Origin: Bacteroidota bacterium
Lineage (GTDB): Bacteria; Bacteroidota; Ignavibacteria; UBA10030; UBA6906
DNA length: 64,000 bases
Assembly (NCBI GenBank): GCA_017860635.1
Contig: JAGDMK010000001.1
Location: 15,727-79,726 of the forward strand
Direction: 5' to 3'
Below the pieces are notes generated by a model, which worked only from the letters and a program-made list of their open reading frames with translations, searched no databases and had not been told where the DNA came from. A program made the translations under genes and the position numbers. Below are positions 8,513-17,883 of the stretch, piece after piece. Numbering within the stretch: the first letter of the stretch is position 1; the number at the start of each line of letters is the position of its first letter.

Positions 8513-10729
8513 ATGACGACTCAATTCATCTGTCTTGCACTCGTCATTGTTCTGCTTTGCCCCTGTGTGCCAGCCCAATGGGTCCAAACGACCGGTCCTG
8601 GTGGTGGTAATATCGGCGCCATTGCCGTCAGTGGCACGAATGTGTTTGTGGGGACAGGCTTCCCCTTTTTTGGTGTTCACAATGCCGGTGGTGTCTTTCG
8701 CACAACGGACGATGGAGCAAGCTGGACCGCGGCCAACTCTGGTCTAACGGACATGTGCATCGGTTCTCTTACGGTCAGTCCCGCCTCCGACGGGGCAGGT
8801 GGGGTGAATCTCTTCGCAGGGACTCTCTGCGGTGGAGTCTTACGCTCCACCGACAACGGGACAAGCTGGACTGCTACAAGTTTGACGAGTGCGTTTGTCA
8901 CCTCTTTTGCCGTCAGTGGCACAAATCTCTTTGCGGGGTCCCCCGGACCTACGTGATATGGTGGTGAGACCCCAGGTGGGGTCTATCGTTCAACGGACAA
9001 TGGTAGCACCTGGACTGCGGCTAGCTCAGGTCTATCGAACTCGGTTGTCCGTTCTCTTGCCATCAGCGGGACGAATCTCTTCGCGGGGACTGACGGCGGT
9101 GTGTTTCTTTCTACCAACAACGGGATGAGTTGGAGTTCGGCCAATAGCGGTCTGCCCCTCCCGGACCAGTTCGGCAATGTTGCTAGTGTCATGTGTTTTG
9201 CGGTCAGCGGCGCGAATCTCTTTGCGGGCACTGGTGGTGGCGGGGTCTTTCTTTCCACGAACAATGGGACAAGCTGGACAGAAGCCGGCTTGACAAATAG
9301 TCGAGTTGGTGCTCTTGCTGTCTCCGGCACGAATCTCTTCGCGGTGACAGGCAGGTTTCTTGACAGTGGAGTCGTCTTTCGTACCACGGACAATGGTACA
9401 AACTGGACTGCGGCTAGTTCAGGCCTGCCGAACATGTGGGTCCGGTGTCTTGCTGTCAAAGGGACGAATCTCTTTGCATGCGGTGACGGCGGTGTGTTTC
9501 TATCCAGTGACAGCGGCACAAGCTGGAGTTCGGTCAACGCTCGTCTACCGAACACGGAGGTCTCGTCTCTTGCTGCCGCTGGGACAAATCTCTATGCGGG
9601 GACACGCCATTTCGCCGGTTACACTCTAGCCGTCTTTCTTTCAACCGATTTCGGGACAGACTGGGTCGTGTACAACGAGGGTCTGACAGACACGAGGGTC
9701 AGGGTTCTTGTTGCCAGTGGGATGTATCTTCTTGCTCAGAATGATAGCGGCGGTGTCTTTCTTTCCAGGGATAGCGGCAAAAGCTGGACCACGGCTAGCT
9801 CAGGTCTGACGAACACGTATGTCAGCTGTCTTGCTGTCAGCACATCCTCCGACGGGACAGGTGGTACGAATCTCTTTGTGGGGACTGGGTACGACGGTGT
9901 ATTTGTTTCCACCAATAACGGTACAAACTGGAATGCGGTCAACTCTGGTCTAGCCAACACTCGTGTATTGTCTCTTGCAGTCAGCGGGACAAATCTCATT
10001 GCAGGCACGGAAGGCGGCGTGTTTCTTTCCACGAACAGGGGAACAAGCTGGAGTCCTGTCAAATCAGGTCCAATAGGTACGTATGTGAATTCCCTTGTTG
10101 TTGGCGGGGCGTATATCTTTGCGGGGACTTACAATGCTGGTGTCTTTCTTTCCACTAATAGTGGGGTAAACTGGACTGCGGTCAATAGTGGCCTCCCAAA
10201 AGACCAGAACGGCATTCTGCCCCATGTCATGTGCTTTGCTGTCAGCGGCGCTAATCTCTTTGCGGGAACTGACGGCGGTGTCTTTTGTACAACCAACGAC
10301 GGCGTAAGCTGGACTGCCGTCAATACCGGTCTGACAAACACTTCTGTCGAGGCACTCGCCGTATCGGGCGCGTATCTCTTTGCAGGCACTGATGGGGCAG
10401 GTGTGTGGTGCCGCCACTTGTCGGAAATGATTACCTCGGTTGAGCCCGTGGTGACCGAATTACCGCACGAGTTCTTTGTCCAACAGAACTACCCCAATCC
10501 CTTCAATCCGAGCACGACCATCACGTACGCGCTACCTAAGTCTTCAGAAGTCAAATTGAGTGTCTTTGACATGCTGGGTCGTGAGGTCTCTGTCTTGGTA
10601 GGCGAGAGCAAAGATGCGGGGGTCCACCAGGTCAAGTTTGACGGTTCGAATCTTGCGAGCGGAGTGTATTTCTACAGATTAAAGGCGGGAGTTTTCGTAG
10701 CGACGAAACGACTGCTTTTACTAAGATGA
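8513..10729 (+). CDS. BNR/Asp-box repeat beta-propeller cargo protein with T9SS CTD, interrupted by an in-frame TGA at 8954-8956
   Basis: ORFs 8513-8956 and 9101-10729 are in the same frame with no other stops between them. Signal peptide 'MTTQFICLALVIVLLCPCVPAQW'. Many 'NLFAGT..GVFLSTNNGTSW' repeats. CTD 'NYPNPFNPSTTITYALP'. Confidence 0.6.
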
Positions 10730-10752
10730 AATGGGCACCAGGCGCACACTGC

Positions 10753-10995
10753 CAGCAGTTTTCTGCTGTGAAAAAGGCACAATTGATAGTTTCTTACGCA
10801 TAATTGGTGGCAGAACCTCCCTCGGGGGCATTATCTTGTCACCATCGAACAATACATGCCCCACACACGCTCTGACTTGACACAAGAGTCGACGCGCCGC
10901 CAAGTGTTTCTACAATATCGTCTCACCCGACGGCCTACCGAGTCCTGCCTCAAGTCAGTACTCTCCTATAGCAGTCGCGTTAAAAGGAGGACAAG
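10753..10995 (+). promoter_or_regulatory. UL copy upstream of the beta-helix cargo gene
   Basis: About 80% identical to 8281-8512 and ends in 'gcgttaaaaggaggacaagATG'. Confidence 0.5.
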
Positions 10996-13305
10996 ATGAG
11001 AACCCCCACCACCTGTCTCGCACTCGCATTTGTCCTTCTACTCCCCTTTGCATGTCCACTGTGGGGTCAGCCCGACACACATGTTCTGAACGTGGAAACG
11101 GAAGTTCCTGCAGGTCCTGTAAGCGGTGTGTGGACGTTGGCAGGCTCTCCCTACCACGTCAACGGGACCGTAACAATTCCGAACGATTCAACACTCATAA
11201 TAGAGCCTGGGGTGGAAGTCGTTTTCATGGGGCACTACAAATTGAATGTTGAGGGAAGACTGCTCGCTATTGGATCATTCAGTGATTCAATCCGATTCAG
11301 GGCCGTGGATACACAAACTGGCTGGCACGGGATACGGTTTGTCAACACTCCGAATACCAATGACACTTCCAAGATTGTCTATTGTGTCCTGCGCAACGGC
11401 AAGGGGAACACAGGGACCGGTTTCGACAGATGCGGTGGTGCGATGCTCATTGCCCAGTTCGACAAGGTCTTAGTTTCCAATTGTCTCTTTGATTCCAACA
11501 TGCAAACCTTTGAGGGTTGGAACGATCTTCTTCCCCAAGCTGGTCCAGCGATCTACATATATCATGCCTCACCAACAATATCACAGAGTACCTTTACACA
11601 TCATGTAGGTTCCCTGGGTAGCGCAATTAGCTGTCTACGTTGTCCCCATCCCATCATATCCAGGAATGTCTTTACAGAGAATCTCGGCATGGGTGGCCCC
11701 GTCGTTGCTCGTGAGATTGGCAGCCCCATCATATCCGGAAATGCCATCTATGGCAACATCGCTACGTATGCTGCAGGCGGGATTGCTGTCGAAGCGGGAG
11801 CGACTCCTAGGATTGAAAACAATATCATCGTTCATAATCGGGCACCGTTTGCAGGCGGCATCTGGTGTGCAAGTGGGACAAACGTAGTGCTCCTGAACAA
11901 TACTATCGCCTATAACACTGCTACTGACCGAGGGGGCGGCATTGATTGTGATGAGAATACCGACGCAATTCTTATCAACAATATCCTCTACGGAAATACC
12001 GCCGCTTATGGGAGTCAAGTAAATGTTGTTGATGTCCAATCAGATCCTGTGTTCCTGTACTGTAATATCCAGGGAGGGAAGGCGGGATTTGCGGGTACCG
12101 GAGCCGGAGCCAACTATACCGGGCTCTACAAAGACAACATTGTCATTGACCCCTTGTTCGTGAATGCAGCCGCGGGCGATTTTCGCCTTTCGGACTCTTC
12201 TCAGTGTATCGGTTCTGGTATCGACAGTATCGAAATATCAGGGGTGTGGTACTACTCTCCTCTCTTTGCCTTTGGGGGAAATGTCCGTCCAAACCCCGCC
12301 GGTTCAAGGCCGGATATTGGCGCGTGGGAGAGCATTCTGGGTTATCCAGTGACCGGTCTGAGGTACCCACATGATGTGAGACTCTCACGATGTGGACGGG
12401 ATACCCTGAGGATCACCGCACGGCTTGAGAACCCGCTTGCGCACGCTGTAGTTGTTACGGGCACACTGACTGCGGGCACGGGTGCGCTCATCGACAGCGT
12501 GTTCCTAAAGGATGATGGCCTCCACGGCGACGGCACATCGGCCGATGGGTTCTGGGGATGCCACTATGTCCCCAAGAAGGACGACACGATCAATGTGACT
12601 ATTCGAAAGGATGACTTGACTGCAGGAGCGTCATTGACGTTACCAACTGCCGCTACCTGCGTATTCACGCGAGGTCCGATTCTTAGTGTTGACACGAGGA
12701 CTGTAAATTTCCGCCAGATCGCCAATACCCTTCAGAGCCGCGACACGACATTCATGGTGCGAAATGTCGGCTACGCTGAAGACTCCGTCTATGTGACTCT
12801 GGATTATGTGAATGTGACGCCGGATTCGGCCATTGCTGTCTCTCCCGTGCAGTTTGTGCTTGCTGCGGGGGATTCTGCGAAGTTGACATTCCTGATTCGG
12901 CCACAACTCCTGGTCCCGCAATACTATTATGCATTGGTCCTCGTGCAATCCCGATTCGGTTTTGCTGATGTACTCTTCTCAAAATCGATGCTGTTCCAGG
13001 TGGTTGTCGGCACCAATGCCCCGGCGTCCGAAGAGCTGCCCGGGCAGTTCGCGCTGGATCAGAACTACCCCAATCCCTTCAATCCGAGCACGACCATCAC
13101 GTACGCGGTGCCTACGGCATCGGAAGTCAAGTTGAGCGTCTACGACATGCTCGGTCGCGAGGTGTCAGTGTTGGTGAATGATAGGAAGGATGCGGGAGTT
13201 CATGAGGTGCAGTTCGAGGCTTCAGGACTATCCAGTGGAATGTATTTCTACCGACTGCAATCGGGAGACTTAGTCCAATCGAGGAAACTGACGCTTTTAA
13301 AGTGA
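10996..13305 (+). CDS. Right-handed parallel beta-helix (pectate-lyase-like, PbH1 repeats) secreted protein with Ig-like domain and T9SS CTD
   Basis: Signal peptide 'MRTPTTCLALAFVLLLPFACPLWGQ'. Repeated 'NN.I..N.A..GGGI' PbH1-type turns. Its N-terminal ~130 aa and a ~120-aa C-proximal block are paralogous to the 20187-22754 protein. It shares an Ig-like 'YVNVTPDSAIAVSPVQF..YYYA' module with gene 1-1825. CTD 'NYPNPFNPSTTITYAVP'. Confidence 0.75.
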   Translation: MRTPTTCLALAFVLLLPFACPLWGQPDTHVLNVETEVPAGPVSGVWTLAGSPYHVNGTVTIPNDSTLIIEPGVEVVFMGHYKLNVEGRLLAIGSFSDSIRFRAVDTQTGWHGIRFVNTPNTNDTSKIVYCVLRNGKGNTGTGFDRCGGAMLIAQFDKVLVSNCLFDSNMQTFEGWNDLLPQAGPAIYIYHASPTISQSTFTHHVGSLGSAISCLRCPHPIISRNVFTENLGMGGPVVAREIGSPIISGNAIYGNIATYAAGGIAVEAGATPRIENNIIVHNRAPFAGGIWCASGTNVVLLNNTIAYNTATDRGGGIDCDENTDAILINNILYGNTAAYGSQVNVVDVQSDPVFLYCNIQGGKAGFAGTGAGANYTGLYKDNIVIDPLFVNAAAGDFRLSDSSQCIGSGIDSIEISGVWYYSPLFAFGGNVRPNPAGSRPDIGAWESILGYPVTGLRYPHDVRLSRCGRDTLRITARLENPLAHAVVVTGTLTAGTGALIDSVFLKDDGLHGDGTSADGFWGCHYVPKKDDTINVTIRKDDLTAGASLTLPTAATCVFTRGPILSVDTRTVNFRQIANTLQSRDTTFMVRNVGYAEDSVYVTLDYVNVTPDSAIAVSPVQFVLAAGDSAKLTFLIRPQLLVPQYYYALVLVQSRFGFADVLFSKSMLFQVVVGTNAPASEELPGQFALDQNYPNPFNPSTTITYAVPTASEVKLSVYDMLGREVSVLVNDRKDAGVHEVQFEASGLSSGMYFYRLQSGDLVQSRKLTLLK

Positions 13306-13430
13306 ATTGTGACTCGAAGTGGGAGTCGGTGCGCCGTCAGGTGTTTCCGAGGTACCGGTCTACCTGATGATACGCTAATATCCTGCGGGCGCCAGGCTCT
13401 TGCGATTCTGTTGCGCTGAGAGGAGGCAAA

Positions 13431-13550
13431 AATGAGAAGCCACTCACTCTGTCTCGTACTCGCCGTCGTTCCGCCTTGTCCCCGTGCGTTCGCTCAATGG
13501 GAGGGAGCCGGGGAAATGCAGTGTAGTTGTGAAGCCGGTTACAGGAGATG
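13431..13550 (+). pseudogene. Remnant 5' end (signal peptide only) of a BNR-family cargo paralog, fused upstream of the M1 peptidase gene
   Basis: Preceded by a UL 3' half and RBS 'gagaggaggcaaaaATG'. Encodes 'MRSHSLCLVLAVVPPCPRAFAQWEGAGEMQCSCEAGYRR*'. This matches the family signal peptide and then terminates after 39 codons. Confidence 0.5.
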
Positions 13551-15566
13551 AGTATGAAACGAACCATCGTGCTGCTTCTGATGGGTTGCTGCGCTGCGGC
13601 ACCGGCGGTGTGCGAGCAACTCCAGCGTCCCTCATTCGAATTGAACAAAGAAACACTAGTGAAAAGTGAAGCGCGGCGCTACGCGCTGCTAAGGGGGGCG
13701 CTTCGCAAACCCGCCTCCGACCCGAATATTGACGTCACATACTACAAACTCGATCTTACCATCACGACAACCCCCAACTATCTGAGGGGGGTAGTCACGA
13801 TGAATGCACTCAGCGTGGTCGCCAGTCTTACGGCCGTCACGCTCGACCTCATGAAGAGCATGACCGTTGACTCAGTGAAATCTGGCGGCACGCAGCTCGC
13901 TTTTGTACAGCAATCAGCGACAATGACGGTCACACTTGACCGCAGCTATATCAACGGCGAACTCGTCACAATGGATATCTACTATCGTGGTGTGCCGGGA
14001 AGCAGCGGATTCGGCAGTTTCACGTTCAGCTCTTACGATTCCATGCCGTGGATCTTTACGCTCAGCGAGCCGTACGGTGCAAGGGATTGGTGGCCGTGCA
14101 AGGATCATCCTGCGGACAAAGCAGATTCGGTGGACCTCTGGGTCACGGTGGACAGCACCCTCAAAGTCGGGTCAAACGGAAGACTTGTTGAGGTGATCGA
14201 CAATACAAATGGTACGAAAACCCACCGCTGGAAAGAGCAGTATCCAATCAGTACATACCTCGTTTCCCTCGCGGTCGGAGACTATGCTGAATTCACCAAT
14301 TGGTTCAAATATTCCCCGACCGATTCCATGCCGGTGTTGAACTATGTCCTTCCCGAACATCTCACTGAGGCGCAGAGAGATTTGCCGAAGACCGTGGATA
14401 TGCTGAAGATTTATTCGAATGTCTTCGGCCTGTATCCTTTCATTAACGAAAAGTACGGACATTCCGAGTGCGACTTGCGCGGAGGAATGGAAAACCAAAC
14501 CATGACGTCCCTCGGCGGGTTCTGGTTCTTTGGCATCTTTATTGGGTTCAGTGATGAACTTGTTGCGCACGAGCTTGCCCATATGTGGTTTGGAGACATG
14601 ATCACATGTGCTGATTGGCCGAACATCTGGATGAATGAAGGTTTTGCGACGTACTGCACGGCACTTTACTATGAATGCATGTACGGCACGTCAAGGTACA
14701 CAGAATACATGAGTTCGCTAATGGGCCGAGCGAAAAGCGCTGTCGGTTCTCTCTACGTTCGCGATACCCTCAACACCCTGTTCGACTTCAATCGTGTGTA
14801 TGCCAAGGGCGCTTCAGTTCTTCATATGCTCAGGCATGTTATGGGAGATACACTGTTTTTCCGGTCGCTCAGGGCGTATGCACAAGACTCCCGTTTCAGA
14901 TTCGCCGTGGCGACGACAGAAGACTTCAGGCAGGTATGTGAGAATGTGTCCGGGAGCCAACTCGGCTACTTCTTCGATGAATGGGTATACGGTGAGAGTT
15001 ATCCTCGTTACACCTGCACGTGGAAACGTGAGCAAGGTGTGTCAGGTTATGATGTCACATTCCGTCTCAGCCAAACGTCAGGTGCAACAACAGGTCCCAC
15101 GTTCTTCTCTATGCCCATGGATTGCAGGCTTGCCTGCACCGGGTGGGATACAACTGTGGCGCTCTTCCATTTCTCGGATGGTCAGCAATTCACCGTGACG
15201 ACATCACATATGCCGGACACACTTCAACTTGACCCGGACAATTGGATCCTCCGCGAGATTCAAGTAGTCCTATCCACACCGAACGACGCATCGGAGTTAC
15301 CCAAAACGTTTGCTTTGCACCAGAACTACCCCAATCCCTTCAACCCGATCACGACCATCACGTACGAGTTGCCCAAGTCTTCACAAGTGAACTTGAGTGT
15401 CTACGACATGCTCGGACGGGAGGTGTCAGTGCTTGTGAACGAGAGAAGGAACGCGGGAGTTCACGAAGTGAAGTTTGACGGCTCTGGTCTTGCGAGCGGA
15501 TTGTATCTATACCGGTTTCAGGCTGGCGATTTCGTGGCGACGAAGCGACTCCTGTTCTTGAAGTGA
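13548..15566 (+). CDS. M1-family zinc aminopeptidase (gluzincin) with T9SS CTD
   Basis: 'GGMEN' exopeptidase motif and 'HELAHMWFGD..(18)..WMNEGFATY' HExxH-E zinc signature. Signal peptide 'MKRTIVLLLMGCCAAAPAVC'. CTD 'NYPNPFNPITTITYELP'. Confidence 0.8.
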   Translation: MSMKRTIVLLLMGCCAAAPAVCEQLQRPSFELNKETLVKSEARRYALLRGALRKPASDPNIDVTYYKLDLTITTTPNYLRGVVTMNALSVVASLTAVTLDLMKSMTVDSVKSGGTQLAFVQQSATMTVTLDRSYINGELVTMDIYYRGVPGSSGFGSFTFSSYDSMPWIFTLSEPYGARDWWPCKDHPADKADSVDLWVTVDSTLKVGSNGRLVEVIDNTNGTKTHRWKEQYPISTYLVSLAVGDYAEFTNWFKYSPTDSMPVLNYVLPEHLTEAQRDLPKTVDMLKIYSNVFGLYPFINEKYGHSECDLRGGMENQTMTSLGGFWFFGIFIGFSDELVAHELAHMWFGDMITCADWPNIWMNEGFATYCTALYYECMYGTSRYTEYMSSLMGRAKSAVGSLYVRDTLNTLFDFNRVYAKGASVLHMLRHVMGDTLFFRSLRAYAQDSRFRFAVATTEDFRQVCENVSGSQLGYFFDEWVYGESYPRYTCTWKREQGVSGYDVTFRLSQTSGATTGPTFFSMPMDCRLACTGWDTTVALFHFSDGQQFTVTTSHMPDTLQLDPDNWILREIQVVLSTPNDASELPKTFALHQNYPNPFNPITTITYELPKSSQVNLSVYDMLGREVSVLVNERRNAGVHEVKFDGSGLASGLYLYRFQAGDFVATKRLLFLK

Positions 15567-15612
15567 GCGCGATATCAGATATAGTCCAGCAGTAGTCTTA
15601 TCATACGCGCTC

Positions 15613-15890
15613 GTTGAAGCCGGAAGAGATTCCGGCTTCTTCATTACTCAGCCGACAGTGTTCAGAGCAATCGAAAATCGATGGTCTACAATCTGTAGAC
15701 CAAAGAGCGAGTTGGTCTACAAAAAGCAAGGTGCACAAACATTCGAAATCGGGAATCGGGTAGTGTTCACAAGAGTTTCCCGTCGTTCGACTCTTGACGC
15801 TGAATCGCCAGTACCATTCGAATCATTTAGAATCCTCCCTGCCTGCCGGCAAGCAGGGATTTTCAGTATTGCATCCTCAATCAGCCCCCC
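15613..15890. repeat. DE copy 3, including a terminator-like hairpin 'ccctgcctgccggcaagcaggg' followed by 'attttc'
   Basis: Homologous to the other DE copies. Lies directly downstream of the M1 peptidase stop codon. Confidence 0.7.
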
Positions 15891-15961
15891 CCAGCCAGGG
15901 TTTTCTCTTCCATGCAGAACCCACTTGCCGCCTGAACCTGGCCCTGATACGCTTTCCCCAT

Positions 15962-16112
15962 CCCGTCGTTGAAATTGCCTCTGAGCTGGGGTATATTTGG
16001 CAGTTGTGCTCACGATGGCTCCTTCAGCCATCGAGCCGCCGCTGTTTGACCCTGTAGTAGTTCTACCGCTCTAGAGCCTTCCCCGACGACCCCTGGCTGC
16101 GAGCTTCAAAAT
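15962..16112 (+). promoter_or_regulatory. PE copy 3: TTGAAA(15969-15974)-N17-TATATT(15992-15997) followed by the conserved hairpin RNA
   Basis: Same architecture as 2225-2372. The 'GATGGCTcc..AGCCATC' stem is conserved. Confidence 0.5.
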
Positions 16113-16171
16113 AGCCCAAAATCCTCATCCGGTAAGAAAACGAGACGGTTCGATTCAGCCGTCAGTTCTGG

Positions 16172-16190
16172 CCCCCCCCCGGGGGGGGGG
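16172..16190. repeat. Homopolymeric palindrome C9G10
   Basis: 'gccccccccc gggggggggg' is a perfect self-complementary homopolymer tract in intergenic DNA. Confidence 0.9.
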
Positions 16191-16261
16191 TAGGGGATCA
16201 CTATCTAAGATGTAAAGCCCAGTGTCACAACAAGATGCGGAGCAATTGTCGCCCTTGAGTA

Positions 16262-16481
16262 GGGCACAATTGATAGTTTATCACGCAGGAGTGGTGGAAA
16301 AGCATCCCCCAAAGGCGTTATCATAGAATCGTCGGCGAAGGCGCTCCCGAAGCGCGTTCTGACTTCATGGAGGAGTGAATGTGGCGTCTCATTTCTCGTG
16401 GCGCTGTCCTTTCCGACGATAGATCGAGTCCAACTTCTAGTCAATGATTTTCTCCTTCATCTGCGTTCAAAGGAGGAAGAA
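16262..16481 (+). promoter_or_regulatory. UL copy (divergent) upstream of BNR cargo gene 16482
   Basis: 'gggcacaattgatagttt' then 'gcgttcaaaggaggaagaaATG'. Confidence 0.45.
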
Positions 16482-17729
16482 ATGAGAGCCCAACCCATTT
16501 GGCTCGCTTTTGTGCTCCTGTTGTCCTGTTCCTGCGTGACAGCCCAATGGATTCAAACCTCCCTTGACAGTTGTAGCATCCATTGTTTTGCCGTAATCGG
16601 TACGAACCTCTTTGCCGGCACTTGGAACTGCGGCGTCCTACTTTCGACCAACAGTGGCGCAAGTTGGACACAGGTCAACAATGGCTTGCCGGACAGCCCT
16701 GTTGAGGCTCTCGCAGTCTCCGGCACAAGCCTGTTCGCGGGGACCAATGACAGCGGGGTCTTCCTTTCGACTAACAGTGGCGGCACCTGGAAAGAAGTCA
16801 GCTCAGGACTGTCGAAGAGATACAACAAAGCCCTGGTTGTGAGTGGCACAAGACTCTTTGCCGGGTCTTGGGACCAGGGTGTCTTTCTGTCAACAGACAG
16901 CGGTACCAGCTGGTCTGCAGGAAGCGAAGGACTACCCGAAGGTCCACCCAGATATCCCAGCATTGAAGCTTTTGCCCTAATTGGCACAAGTCTCTTTGCC
17001 GGAACATACGGGCATGGTGTCTTTCGCACGACATGCGATGGCGCTAGCTGGACAGAGGTCAATTCCGGTTTAATCGGAAATGACATTGGCTGTCTCGCTG
17101 TACTCGGTGCAAATCTCTTTGCTGGAACAGTGTTTTGGAGTCGTGGCAGTGTCTATCGTTCCACCAACAATGGTGAAAGCTGGACTGAGGCTGATTCCGG
17201 CTTACCGGGAGCCAGTGTCGCATCTCTTGCCGGCTCAGACGGGATTCTACTAGCTGGAACTGAAACAGGTGCGAGGGGCAGTGTCTTCTTGTCTACCAAC
17301 TTTGGTGCATGCTGGTCTGAGTTTAGCTCCGGCCTGCCGAATACTGCTGTCAATTCCTTGGTTATCTCGGCTCTGCATATTTTCGCCGGGACTCCCATTG
17401 GCGTCTGGAGACGACCTTTGTCAGAAGTTGTTGCGGCGGTCGACGCAGGGACAGACGACCTGGCAGATGCGCTCTTGCTTCAGCAGAACTATCCGAACCC
17501 GTTCAATCCCAACACGACCATCAGGTACGAATTGCCCGTATCCTCAAATGTCAGGTTGAGTGTGTACGACATGCTTGGACGCGAGGTGTCGATGTTGGTC
17601 AACGAGAAGAGAGATGCAGGAGTTCACGAGGTGCAGTTTGGTGGGTCGAATCTCGCGAGCGGAGTGTATCTCTATCGACTGCAAGCGGGTGATTTTGTCC
17701 AGTCGAAGAAGCTCGTGATTTCAAAATAA
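16482..17729 (+). CDS. BNR/Asp-box repeat beta-propeller cargo protein with T9SS CTD (intact paralog, no internal stop)
   Basis: Signal peptide 'MRAQPIWLAFVLLLSCSCVTAQW'. Repeats 'SLFAGTNDSGVFLSTNSGGTW' etc. CTD 'NYPNPFNPNTTIRYELP'. RBS 'aaaggagg'. Confidence 0.8.
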   Translation: MRAQPIWLAFVLLLSCSCVTAQWIQTSLDSCSIHCFAVIGTNLFAGTWNCGVLLSTNSGASWTQVNNGLPDSPVEALAVSGTSLFAGTNDSGVFLSTNSGGTWKEVSSGLSKRYNKALVVSGTRLFAGSWDQGVFLSTDSGTSWSAGSEGLPEGPPRYPSIEAFALIGTSLFAGTYGHGVFRTTCDGASWTEVNSGLIGNDIGCLAVLGANLFAGTVFWSRGSVYRSTNNGESWTEADSGLPGASVASLAGSDGILLAGTETGARGSVFLSTNFGACWSEFSSGLPNTAVNSLVISALHIFAGTPIGVWRRPLSEVVAAVDAGTDDLADALLLQQNYPNPFNPNTTIRYELPVSSNVRLSVYDMLGREVSMLVNEKRDAGVHEVQFGGSNLASGVYLYRLQAGDFVQSKKLVISK

Positions 17730-17883
17730 GTATTAGGTGATACTAACTACAAATAATGTGGGACTCGACGTGGGAGTCGCTCCGCCGCCGGATGTATCTG
17801 CAATATCGCCTTGCCCGGCGGCAGGCGGAGTTCTTTGTCTGGTCAATAGTGTGCTCCAACGATTGCGTTGAAAGGAGGATAGA

